From the NCBI GenBank assembly GCA_963822575.1, contig CAWGHZ010000006.1, forward strand, positions 16,837 through 80,836: 64,000 bases of DNA, read 5' to 3'. The notes below the pieces were generated by a model that saw only the letters and a program-made list of their open reading frames with translations, was not told where the DNA came from and ran no database searches. Each line of letters opens with the position of its first letter. Position 1 is the first letter of the stretch. The stretch comes from an uncultured Alphaproteobacteria bacterium. Lineage in GTDB: Bacteria; Pseudomonadota; Alphaproteobacteria; MPNO01; DASWLB01. Of this stretch, positions 1-8,441 are shown one piece after another. The translations under genes were made by a program, and so were the position numbers.

Positions 1-1
1 G

Positions 2-1693
2 ATCGGCGCCCTCGACCGCGCGAAGGACAAGCTCGATTTCGTGCAGGTGCGCCATGAGGAACTGGCCGCCTTCATGGCCTGCGCGCACGCCAAGTTCACC
101 GGCGAGGTGGGCGTCTGCCTCGCCACCTCCGGCCCCGGCGCGATCCATCTGCTGAACGGGCTGTACGACGCGAGGCTCGATCACAAGCCGGTCGTCGCCA
201 TCGTCGGCCATCAGGCGCGTTCGGCGCTGGGCGGCCATTACCAGCAGGAGGTCGACCTCGTCTCGCTGTTCAAGGACGTGGCCGGAGAGTACGTGCACAT
301 GGCGTCGTCGCCGGTGCAGGTGCGCCATCTGATCGACCGCGCGGTGCGCATCGCCAAGGCCGAGCGCACCGTCACCTGCATCGTGCTGCCGAAGGACGTG
401 CAGGAGATGGATGCGGTGCCGACACCGCCGCACAGCCATGGCACCGTCCATACCGGCACCGGCTACACCCCGGCTTACATCGTGCCGATGGAGGAAGACC
501 TGCGTGCTGCCGCCGACGTTCTGAACGCCGGCAAGAAGGTGGCGATGCTGGTCGGCGCCGGCACGCTGGGCGCCACCGACGAGGTGATCGAGATCGCCGA
601 CAGGCTGGGCGCGGGCATCGCCAAGGCGCTGCTCGGCCGCGCGGCGGTGCCGGACGATTTGCCGTACGTCACGGGCTCGATCGGTCTCCTCGGCACCAAG
701 CCGAGCTACGAGATGATGACCGGGTGCGACACGTTCCTCATGATCGGGTCGGGCTTTCCCTATTCGGAATGGCTGCCCGAGGAAGGGCAGGCCCGCGGCG
801 TGCAGATCGACATCGACCCGCGCATGCTGAGCCTCCGCTACCCGATGGAGGTGGCGCTGGTCGGCGAGGCGGCATCGACGCTGCGCGCGCTGATCCCGAT
901 GATCGAGCGCAAGTCGGACCGGTCGTGGCGCGACAAAATCGAGAAGAACGTCGCGAAATGGTGGAAGACGCTGGAAAAGCAGGCGATGCAGCCCGCCGAG
1001 CCGATCAACCCTCAGCGCCTGTTCTGGGAGCTGTCGCCGCGCCTGCCCGACGGCGTGATCCTCGCAAGCGATTCCGGCTCGGCGGCCAACTGGTACGCCC
1101 GCGACCTGAAGCTGAGGCGCGGCATGATGGCGTCGCTCTCCGGCGGGCTCGCCACGATGGGGCCGGGCGTGCCGTACGCCATTGCCGCGAAGCTCTGCCA
1201 TCCCGACCGGCCGGTGATCGCGCTGGTCGGCGACGGGGCGATGCAGATGAACGGGCTGAACGGGCTGATCACCATCAAGAAGTACGCCGAGCGCTGGGCC
1301 GGCAAGGACCCGCGCATGGTGATCTGCGTCCTCAACAACCGCGACCTCAACCAGGTGACGTGGGAGATGCGCGCCCAGTCGGGCGACCCGAAGTTCGAGG
1401 CGTCGCAGCAAATTCCCGACTTCCCCTACGCGAAATATGCCGAGTTGCTCGGCTTCAAGGGCATCGTGGTCGACGACCCCGAGAAGCTCGGAGCGGCGTG
1501 GGACGAGGCGCTGTCGGCCGACCGGCCGGTGCTGCTGGAGGCGAAGACGGACCCGAACATCCCGCCGCTGCCGCCGCACATCACGCTGAAGCACGCCAAG
1601 GCGTTCGCCTCGACCTTGCTCAAGGGCGACCCGGACGAGTTCAAGGTCATCGCCAAGTCGATGCGCCAGCTCGCCCGCGAATTGCTGCCGTAA
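2..1693 (+). CDS. TPP-dependent pyruvate oxidase / pyruvate dehydrogenase (quinone)-like enzyme; 5' end outside the window
   Basis: The frame is open from the window edge (IGALDRAKDKLDF precedes the first listed Met at 41). It has the TPP-enzyme N-terminal motif ATSGPGAIHLLNGLYDA and the C-terminal TPP-binding GDGAMQMNG...NN motif. Domain order and length are PoxB-like. Confidence 0.8.
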   Translation: MGALDRAKDKLDFVQVRHEELAAFMACAHAKFTGEVGVCLATSGPGAIHLLNGLYDARLDHKPVVAIVGHQARSALGGHYQQEVDLVSLFKDVAGEYVHMASSPVQVRHLIDRAVRIAKAERTVTCIVLPKDVQEMDAVPTPPHSHGTVHTGTGYTPAYIVPMEEDLRAAADVLNAGKKVAMLVGAGTLGATDEVIEIADRLGAGIAKALLGRAAVPDDLPYVTGSIGLLGTKPSYEMMTGCDTFLMIGSGFPYSEWLPEEGQARGVQIDIDPRMLSLRYPMEVALVGEAASTLRALIPMIERKSDRSWRDKIEKNVAKWWKTLEKQAMQPAEPINPQRLFWELSPRLPDGVILASDSGSAANWYARDLKLRRGMMASLSGGLATMGPGVPYAIAAKLCHPDRPVIALVGDGAMQMNGLNGLITIKKYAERWAGKDPRMVICVLNNRDLNQVTWEMRAQSGDPKFEASQQIPDFPYAKYAELLGFKGIVVDDPEKLGAAWDEALSADRPVLLEAKTDPNIPPLPPHITLKHAKAFASTLLKGDPDEFKVIAKSMRQLARELLP

Positions 1694-1724
1694 GGCGGCG
1701 CCGGCCGGGGCCAGCGACGGCGGG

Positions 1725-3374
1725 TCAAAGCTCGCCGGCGGCAGCCTTCGCCTTGATGCGGTCGGCGATGCGCGCGGCGAGCGCGTAGATGGTGAGCGAC
1801 GGGTTCACGCCGCCCGAGGTCGAGAACAGCGAGCCGTCACACACCCATAGGTTGGGGATGTCCCAGGTCCTCCCGTCCGGGTCGGTCACGCTGTCATAGG
1901 GGTGCGTGCCCATCCGCGCCCCGCCCATGAGATGGGCCGTCGAGCCGGTCTTGGTGAAGTCGCGCCCGCCGGCCGCCTCAAGCACGGCTTGCATGGTGCG
2001 GATCGAATGCTCGTAGAGCCGACGGTCGTTGGCCGAGAACGCGAAGGTGATGCGCGGCACCGCGAGGCCCAGTGCGTCGCGCTCGTCCGACAGCTCGACC
2101 CGGTTCTCCTCGCGCGGCTCGACCTCACCGACGATCTTGAGCCCGGCCATGTGGTTGTAGAGCGCCATGCGCTGGCGCAGCTTCATGCCGAACGTGCCCG
2201 TGTTCGAGACCAGCGTCTTGGCATGGTCGGCGGGCAGCGGCCCCTGGCTCATGAAGGCGTAGCCGCCGGTGAAGTCCTTGCCGTCGTCGCGGTAGTTCCA
2301 GTCCTCGCACACCGCCATCGAGGGCGGCCCCTTGTACCAGCGCACCTGCTCTTCCATGATTCCCCAGACGGCATGGTTCGAATGCGCCATCAGGCACTTG
2401 CCGACCAGGCCGGAGGAGTTGGCGAGCCCGTCGGGAAAGCGCGGGCAGGCCGAGTTCAGGAGCAGGCGCGGCGTCTCGATTGCGTAGCCCGCAACCACGA
2501 CATGGCGCGCGCGCTGGAACCGCCATTCCCCCGCGCGATGATATTCGACGCCGGTCGCGCGCCCGTCGCGCCCGATCGCCACCCGCCCGACCATGGCGAG
2601 GTCGCGGATCTCCGCCCCCGCCTTGAGGGCGCGCGGGATCCACGCGACCAGCGCGCTCTGCTTGGCGTTGGTCGAGCAGCCCACCTTGCAGAAGCCGCGA
2701 TAGACGCAGGGCGGCGACGCGCCGCGCGGCGCGGAGACGGTGCAAAGCGGCGTCGGCGCCCATTTCATCCCGAGCGCCTCGGCGCCGCGCGCCAGCACCA
2801 GCCCGGCGGCATTCACCTCGTGCTCGCGATAGGGATAGCGCTTGCGCGCCGGCCCCCACGGGTAGCGGACGGGGCCCGAGATTTTCAGCGCGTCCTCGAC
2901 CTCGTCGTAGTAGTGCCACATCTCGCGCCAGTCGATCGGCCAGTCGCGCCCGTACCCCATGGTCGAGCGCTGCTTGAACCATTCCGGCCGCCAGCGCAGC
3001 GTGACCATCTGGAAATGCACGGTCGAACCGCCGACCGCGCGGCCCGAATTGTTGGCGCCGAACTCGATGGGGTGGTCGCCGGCGCTGATCCGGTCCTCGA
3101 GCCAGTAGAGCTTGTTCTGCGACTTCTCGTCCGAGGCGAACTCTTCGAGCGGGCGCCAGAACGGGCCGGCGTCGAATGCGACCACCTTGAAACCCGCCTC
3201 GGCGAGCTTGGCCGCGAGTGTCGCACCGCCCGCGCCGGTGCCGACGATGGCGAAGTCCACCTCGTCCTCGTCGCGCCATTCGCGCATCGGCACCCAGCCG
3301 CCGCGCCGCATCACGTCGGGGGCCCGCCCACCGGCCGCGCGCGGCACGGATTGGGGGTCGGGACCGTCGGTCAT
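1725..3374 (-). CDS. GMC-family FAD-dependent oxidoreductase (large subunit of a gluconate-2-dehydrogenase-like flavoprotein dehydrogenase)
   Basis: Lies inside ORF 1725..3947. The conserved part begins at MTDGPDPQ...DFAIVGTGAGGATLAAKLAEAG (Rossmann GxGxxG). The ATG at 3374 overlaps the upstream stop (ATGA). The ~190 Arg/Ala-rich codons further upstream look like a GC artefact. Confidence 0.85.
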   Translation of the reverse strand: MTDGPDPQSVPRAAGGRAPDVMRRGGWVPMREWRDEDEVDFAIVGTGAGGATLAAKLAEAGFKVVAFDAGPFWRPLEEFASDEKSQNKLYWLEDRISAGDHPIEFGANNSGRAVGGSTVHFQMVTLRWRPEWFKQRSTMGYGRDWPIDWREMWHYYDEVEDALKISGPVRYPWGPARKRYPYREHEVNAAGLVLARGAEALGMKWAPTPLCTVSAPRGASPPCVYRGFCKVGCSTNAKQSALVAWIPRALKAGAEIRDLAMVGRVAIGRDGRATGVEYHRAGEWRFQRARHVVVAGYAIETPRLLLNSACPRFPDGLANSSGLVGKCLMAHSNHAVWGIMEEQVRWYKGPPSMAVCEDWNYRDDGKDFTGGYAFMSQGPLPADHAKTLVSNTGTFGMKLRQRMALYNHMAGLKIVGEVEPREENRVELSDERDALGLAVPRITFAFSANDRRLYEHSIRTMQAVLEAAGGRDFTKTGSTAHLMGGARMGTHPYDSVTDPDGRTWDIPNLWVCDGSLFSTSGGVNPSLTIYALAARIADRIKAKAAAGEL

Positions 3375-4012
3375 TTGCGCGCCTCGCGCACAGGTCCGCG
3401 ATCCTCCTCCTCCGCCTCCCACGGATCGCGCTCGTCCGAGCCGAGCCGGACGTAGCCGCGCGGTGCGGCGGGGCCGCCGAAGCCGATCTCGCTCCACGCC
3501 GTTGGATGGGCGTAGTAGATCTCGACGATCAGCGGCATCAGCACGTGGCGGGTGAAGGTACGGCTCGGCACCGCGCGCCATTCCGGCGCCGCGACGTCGC
3601 CCGCCTCCATCGCCTTCAGCAGCAAATCCTGCTCGACCGGGTCGAGCCGGTCGAACGGGCGGCGGTAGCGAAGCTGCAACTCGACGTCGATTGCGGCGAG
3701 CCCCTTCCGCCAGCATTCGCGCCACGGGGGCAGGATCCCGTAGCGCGTGCCGGTGCCCTGGTCCTGGAACAGCGCGGCGTCGATCCATGGCGCGATGGGC
3801 ACCTTCTCCGTAGCGGCGCGCTCGGGCTGGGGCACCACGCGGTCGCACACGTGTTCGAGCACCGCGAACTCCGCCTCGGTCAGGAAGCGGCGCGGCGGCA
3901 CGTCGCTGAGCCGACGGTCGACCACGCGCCGCGTCTGGTCGTTCCACGACACGCTGTCGCGCTTGGCCAGCACGTCGTAGCCGGGATAGGGCCTCCGGAA
4001 CGTCTCAGCCAT
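3371..4012 (-). CDS. Small subunit, gluconate 2-dehydrogenase subunit-3-family-like protein
   Basis: A 213-aa ORF immediately upstream of, and overlapping, the GMC gene. The N-terminal RRPYPGYDVLAKRDSVSWNDQTRRVV and C-terminal YYAHPTAWSEIGFGGPAAPRGYVRLG resemble the small partner proteins of GMC dehydrogenases. The family call is from memory, not from a search. Confidence 0.65.
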   Translation of the reverse strand: MAETFRRPYPGYDVLAKRDSVSWNDQTRRVVDRRLSDVPPRRFLTEAEFAVLEHVCDRVVPQPERAATEKVPIAPWIDAALFQDQGTGTRYGILPPWRECWRKGLAAIDVELQLRYRRPFDRLDPVEQDLLLKAMEAGDVAAPEWRAVPSRTFTRHVLMPLIVEIYYAHPTAWSEIGFGGPAAPRGYVRLGSDERDPWEAEEEDRGPVREARK

Positions 4013-5030
4013 GGTCCGCCGTCATCAGATGGAGGCCGGCAAGGCCGGCCAGGGCGATGCCGGTGAAGCCGATGGGGGCAGGCGTCGGCGGGCCGGCCAG
4101 CGCGTTCTGCGTCCAGTTGCGCCAGCCGCCCATGTTGCGGCTGACCCCATAGGCGTGGAAGCCGGTGCCGACGATGCCCGTCGCGGTGGTCGCCTGCAGG
4201 AAGCCGCGCGCGATGGCCGGCGCCCGCCCGCCCGCCCGCGCCATGGCCCAGCCGAGCGACAGGGTGGCGGCCGGCGGCAGGACGATCGGCAGGTACATGA
4301 ACGGGTCGTGGAACGCGCCGCGGAAATGCAGGATCGCGACCTCCGCCACCGTGCCGAGGAGCCCGCCGCCCGCCAGCAGTGAGGACCGCATGCCGATGCG
4401 CCGGCGCTCGTCGTGCGAGCGCGGGAAGTCCGGATGTTCGATCTCGAGCAGCAGCAGACCGCAGGCGCCGGCCATGATCAGCGTTCCCGGCGCGGCCGGC
4501 GGTGCCGCATAGAACAGATTGTTCCAGGACAGCCCGCCCGGCCGCTTCAGGATGTTCCAGACATGGAAGGCGAGCCCGATCGCGCCGACCGCGCCGGCCC
4601 CGGCGAACACGGCGGTCCGCGAGCGCCTGAGCCCCCGTCCGGCGACAGCCACCGTCAGCAGCGCGGCACCCGCCACCGGTGCCGCGTACATCAGGCGATT
4701 GGCGTAGTCGCCGCGGTAATGCTCCAGCGTCGCGTCGGTCACCACGGCGACTGCCAGCGCGGCGGTACCGGCGCGGATCAGCCGGTCGCTCTGCGGCGCG
4801 CGCCGCGGCGCATGGCGGCGGCGGGGCGGCGCCGCCCGGCAGGCCAGCCATCCGGCGAGCAGCGGCAGGACTACGGCGGCCGCGGCCACGGCGACTGCCG
4901 CCGGTTCCGAGATCGGCGGCCCGTTGCCCTTCGCGGCCAGCGCGGCGCCCGCCCGCCGCGCGAACTCGTGTGATTGCGTCCATAACTCGATCGTGGCACC
5001 GGCCGCGCGCGCCTTCCTTAACCTTTGCAA
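4005..5030 (-). CDS. Polytopic membrane protein of unknown function, internally duplicated; first gene of the GMC dehydrogenase operon
   Basis: A 341-aa ORF with several hydrophobic helices. Its stop overlaps the next gene's start by 8 nt. Two related halves carry HYRG/HFRG and FHVW/FHAY motifs. The start is uncertain: the listed start is a TTG, and in-frame GTGs lie downstream. Confidence 0.6.
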   Translation of the reverse strand: MQRLRKARAAGATIELWTQSHEFARRAGAALAAKGNGPPISEPAAVAVAAAAVVLPLLAGWLACRAAPPRRRHAPRRAPQSDRLIRAGTAALAVAVVTDATLEHYRGDYANRLMYAAPVAGAALLTVAVAGRGLRRSRTAVFAGAGAVGAIGLAFHVWNILKRPGGLSWNNLFYAAPPAAPGTLIMAGACGLLLLEIEHPDFPRSHDERRRIGMRSSLLAGGGLLGTVAEVAILHFRGAFHDPFMYLPIVLPPAATLSLGWAMARAGGRAPAIARGFLQATTATGIVGTGFHAYGVSRNMGGWRNWTQNALAGPPTPAPIGFTGIALAGLAGLHLMTADHG

Positions 5031-5069
5031 ACGACGGCGGCGCCGGCTGACCGAAAAGGGAATCCCAGG

Positions 5070-6464
5070 TCACATCATCGCCTCGCTGGTATAAAGGGGG
5101 CGCGAAGGCGAAGGGAGGCGGCCATGGCGGACCTCAGGATCGGCGTTACCGGCGCGGCCGGCCGCATGGGCGGCGCGGTGATCCGCCAGGTAAGCGAGAC
5201 GGCGGGCTGCGTCGTCACCGCCGCGTGCGAGGCCGAGGGCTCGCCCTATATCGGGCGCGACGCGGGCGAGGTGGCGGGGATCGGCCCGATCGGCATCCCC
5301 ATTGTCGCCGACGCCAAGGCCGCTTTCGCCGCGACCGACGCAGTGATCGAGTTCACCGGCCCCCCCGCCACCGTGGCGCACGTTTCCCTTGCCGCCGAGC
5401 ATGGCATCGCCCACGTGATCGGCACCACCGGCCTCGACGTGGCCGGCAATGCGGCGCTCGCCGAGGCGGCGAAGCGCATCCCCATCGTCCACGCGCCGAA
5501 CATGAGCCTCGCCGTCAACCTCCTGTTCGCGCTGACGCGCCAGGTGGCGTCGATCCTCGACGACGCGTTCGACGTCGAGATCGTCGAAATGCACCACCGC
5601 CACAAGGTCGACGCGCCGTCGGGCACCGCGCTCGAGCTCGGCCGCCGCGCCGCCGAGGGACGCGGGATCGCGCTCGACGACGTGGCGCGCATGGCGCGCG
5701 AGGGCATCGTGGGGCCGCGCGAGCGGGGCGAGATCGGCTTTGCCGCGCTCCGCGGCGGCGACGTGGTGGGCGAGCACACGGTGATCTTCGCCGCCGATGG
5801 CGAACGGCTGGAGCTTTCGCACAAGGCGTCGGGACGCCAGATCTTCGCCCGCGGCGCGGTGCGCGCGGCGCTTTGGGCGCAGGGCAAAAAGCCCGGCCTC
5901 TATTCGATGTTCGACGTGCTGGGGCTGTAGTCGGCCGCCGAACGGCCCGTCCTTGAGGCGGGCGACCGCGTCGCGCAGCTTCTTCGCAAAGGCCGCGCGG
6001 TCCTCGAGCCCTAGATAGGCGCCGATCTCGAACCGCACCCCGTGCGTCGCCAGGGTCAGTCGGCTGCCTGGCAGCGGCGGGTCGGCCATCTCGACGCGCA
6101 GCCAGTAGGGCTGGAAGGACCAGCGGTTCACCAGCCCGTTCTGGTCGCCGCGCTCGACCGTGAGCGCGCTCCGCGTGAGGCGCACGCGCTCCCACCGCCG
6201 CGCGCGGCGGTAGCTCGCGCGCAGCGCCAGGTAGATCAGCACGATGTCGAGCCCCATGAACCCCGGTACCGGCCACGCGCCGATCAGGAAGAAGGCGGTC
6301 GAGGTGGCCATCCCGGCGACGCAGATCCCCGCCATGAACAGCACGAATCCCGTGCGAGAGAGGCTCGGGCGCGGCTGGTGGATGACGTCGAGCGCCGCCG
6401 GCTCGTCGTCGGTGGCGTCGGGCGCGGGCGGGCCGTCGGACATCATCGGAATATCGGCCGCCAT
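5070..6464 (-). CDS. DUF2244-like integral membrane protein; recognisable part is ~5950..6464, with no in-frame stop until 5070
   Basis: The N-terminal ~170 aa (two TM helices FVLFMAGICVAGMATSTAFFLIGAW / FMGLDIVLIYLAL, then RRWERVRLT...WSFQPYWLRVE) match my memory of the DUF2244 family. The frame then continues antisense through all of dapB. Start taken at Met 6464; 6446 is an alternative. Confidence 0.5.
   Translation of the reverse strand: MAADIPMMSDGPPAPDATDDEPAALDVIHQPRPSLSRTGFVLFMAGICVAGMATSTAFFLIGAWPVPGFMGLDIVLIYLALRASYRRARRWERVRLTRSALTVERGDQNGLVNRWSFQPYWLRVEMADPPLPGSRLTLATHGVRFEIGAYLGLEDRAAFAKKLRDAVARLKDGPFGGRLQPQHVEHRIEAGLFALRPKRRAHRAAGEDLASRRLVRKLQPFAIGGEDHRVLAHHVAAAERGKADLAPLARPHDALARHARHVVERDPASLGGAAAELERGARRRVDLVAVVHFDDLDVERVVEDRRHLARQREQEVDGEAHVRRVDDGDALRRLGERRIAGHVEAGGADHVGDAMLGGKGNVRHGGGGAGELDHCVGRGESGLGVGDNGDADRADPRHLARVAPDIGRALGLARGGDDAARRLAYLADHRAAHAAGRAGNADPEVRHGRLPSPSRPLYTSEAMM
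5124..5930 (+). CDS. dapB: 4-hydroxy-tetrahydrodipicolinate reductase
   Basis: MADLRIGVTGAAGRMGG (NAD-binding GxxGxxG) and the DapB signature EIVEMHHRHKVDAPSGTA. The ATG at 5124 is in frame with ORF 5025..5930. Confidence 0.95.
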   Translation: MADLRIGVTGAAGRMGGAVIRQVSETAGCVVTAACEAEGSPYIGRDAGEVAGIGPIGIPIVADAKAAFAATDAVIEFTGPPATVAHVSLAAEHGIAHVIGTTGLDVAGNAALAEAAKRIPIVHAPNMSLAVNLLFALTRQVASILDDAFDVEIVEMHHRHKVDAPSGTALELGRRAAEGRGIALDDVARMAREGIVGPRERGEIGFAALRGGDVVGEHTVIFAADGERLELSHKASGRQIFARGAVRAALWAQGKKPGLYSMFDVLGL

Positions 6465-6522
6465 TCGCACGGTTGCAAGGGCGGGCGCGACAGCGAATCG
6501 CGCGGTGCGGTATGCTCCGCCC

Positions 6523-7278
6523 ATGACGCTTTCCAAGGCGAAGATCGAGGAGCTTTATTCCCGGTTCGAGAAGGCGAACCCGAACCCACGCGGCGAGCTC
6601 GTCCACGAGGCGGAGAACCCGTTCACCCTGCTGGTCGCCGTCGTGCTCTCGGCCCAGGCGACCGACACGGGGGTGAACAAGGCGACGGCGAAGCTCTTCC
6701 CGGTCGCCGACACGCCCGAGAAGATGGTCGCGCTGGGCGAGGCGGGGCTTCGCGAATACATCAAGACCATCGGGCTTTACCGCAACAAGGCGAAGAACGT
6801 CATCGCGCTCTCCGAGCGGCTGATCGCCGAGCATGGCGGCAAGGTGCCTTCCGACCGCGAGGCGCTGGAGGCGCTGCCCGGCGTCGGGCGCAAGACCGCA
6901 AACGTGGTGCTCAACATCGCGTTCGGCGCGCCGGTAATCGCGGTCGACACGCACATCTTTCGCGTCGCCAACCGCACCGGCCTCGCCTCCGGCAAGACGC
7001 CGCGCGCAGTGGAGGACCGGCTGATGAAGGTCACGCCCGAGCGCTTCAGGCTGCACGCGCACCACTGGCTGATCCTGCACGGGCGCTATGTCTGCATCGC
7101 GCGCAAGCCGAACTGCCCAGCCTGCCCGATCGCCGATCTCTGCACCTACAAGGACAAGACCAGGCCGGCCATTGCCGCGGTCGCGGCCGGGGCGGCGCCG
7201 GCGCCCGCCGTCAGGGTCAGCCGGGCCCGGCGCGGCGATGGGCGCGCAGCAGCGCGCCGAGGCACGCGCGCGCACTGA
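6523..7278 (+). CDS. nth: Endonuclease III (DNA glycosylase/AP lyase)
   Basis: HhH-GPD motif LPGVGRKTANVVL and a C-terminal 4Fe-4S cluster loop, CIARKPNCPACPIADLC. It carries an unusual ~45-aa Ala/Pro/Arg tail that overlaps the convergent gene by 62 nt. Confidence 0.9.
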   Translation: MTLSKAKIEELYSRFEKANPNPRGELVHEAENPFTLLVAVVLSAQATDTGVNKATAKLFPVADTPEKMVALGEAGLREYIKTIGLYRNKAKNVIALSERLIAEHGGKVPSDREALEALPGVGRKTANVVLNIAFGAPVIAVDTHIFRVANRTGLASGKTPRAVEDRLMKVTPERFRLHAHHWLILHGRYVCIARKPNCPACPIADLCTYKDKTRPAIAAVAAGAAPAPAVRVSRARRGDGRAAARRGTRAH

Positions 7279-7699
7279 CCGCGGGGCCGCCCACCGGCGA
7301 TGGCCGCGCCGCCAGGTGGCGCACGACATACGTGCCGGCAGGACCCGAGCGGTAGAGATAGATGTCCAGCATGCAGCCCTGGCCGACATAGCGCCAAAGC
7401 TGTGCAGGGTTGTCGCGGCGCAGGAAGCCCGGCGCGCCGAGAAGAGCGCGCAGCGCGGCGGTGTCCTTGCCCATCATATGGTCGGGGTCGTCGTCGATCG
7501 GCGGCAGGCTCGCGACCCCCGGCGCGCCGGTCTCCGGTGCGGCGCCTTCCGGGGCCTTCGGTGCCGCGGTGGATGCCGCTTCGGGCAGGGCCGCAGCCTG
7601 GTTGTGCTTCACCGGGTGCAGGCATCCGGCGAGCGGCGCCGCGATGAGCCACAGCCCCGCCAGAACCAGCGCCCGGCGGCGCGACCTCCGCTCACCCAT
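7217..7699 (-). CDS. Putative lipoprotein, unknown function
   Basis: N-terminal RRRALVLAGLWLIAAPLAGC gives a signal peptide with a lipobox (LAGC). Its start overlaps the upstream gene's stop by 8 nt. Confidence 0.6.
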   Translation of the reverse strand: MGERRSRRRALVLAGLWLIAAPLAGCLHPVKHNQAAALPEAASTAAPKAPEGAAPETGAPGVASLPPIDDDPDHMMGKDTAALRALLGAPGFLRRDNPAQLWRYVGQGCMLDIYLYRSGPAGTYVVRHLAARPSPVGGPAVSARACLGALLRAHRRAGPG

Positions 7700-8357
7700 C
7701 CTGCGCCCTCAACTCTTCGACCAGATGCACCATGAACGCGGTCGCGACCACCGGGAAGAACCACCCGGCGACCGGGATGGACAGCAGCACCGTGATCAGC
7801 GCGCCCGCCTCGATGACCCGCCAGATGTGCCGGCGCCGCAGCCGGCGGGCGGTGGCGAGGTCCATGCGCCGGAGCGCGGCCAGCTCGAAATATTCCCGGC
7901 CCAGAAGATAGCCGTTCAACAGGTAGAACACCACGAGGTTGAGGCCGGGCACGAACAGGTACACCGGCAGCGCGAGGATGTTGAGCGCCACGGTCGCGAC
8001 CAGAAGCCGCACGGTCGAGGCGATCAGCTCGCCCCAGCCTTGCGGGCGCGCCGGCAGGAACGGGAAGTAGCGCCGGTCGACCGCGTGCGCCACGTCCTCC
8101 AGCATGAAGCTCTCGACGCCCATGACGATGCCGGGAAAGAACAGGGTGGCGAGCGCGACGGCCGCGAGCCCGGCCGCCAGCCGGATGATGATGTCGAGCA
8201 GCCCGTTCTGCAGAACGCTGACGTTCTCGACCACCTGCCACGCCCCGACCACCAACGCGACATAGACCAGTACCGACCAGCCGAGCGAAACCAGCATCAC
8301 GCGGCGGAAGGTCGGGTCGGGAAGCTGGGCGAAGGAACGGGCAAGGGCGGCGAACAT
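7692..8357 (-). CDS. EI24/CysZ-like membrane protein
   Basis: The conserved part of ORF 7692..9440 starts at MFAALARSFAQLPDPTFRRV (ATG 8357, in frame). It has multiple TM helices and resembles the EI24 / sulfate-transporter CysZ family. The upstream ORF extension is antisense to the kinase gene. Confidence 0.7.
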   Translation of the reverse strand: MFAALARSFAQLPDPTFRRVMLVSLGWSVLVYVALVVGAWQVVENVSVLQNGLLDIIIRLAAGLAAVALATLFFPGIVMGVESFMLEDVAHAVDRRYFPFLPARPQGWGELIASTVRLLVATVALNILALPVYLFVPGLNLVVFYLLNGYLLGREYFELAALRRMDLATARRLRRRHIWRVIEAGALITVLLSIPVAGWFFPVVATAFMVHLVEELRAQDG

Positions 8358-8441
8358 GGCGCGTCTGTATCCCGCCCGGCGGTTGCGGGCAAGTGACCCG
8401 CCGCTATACTGCGCCGGCCAGCCAACCGGAAGGAGCACGGA

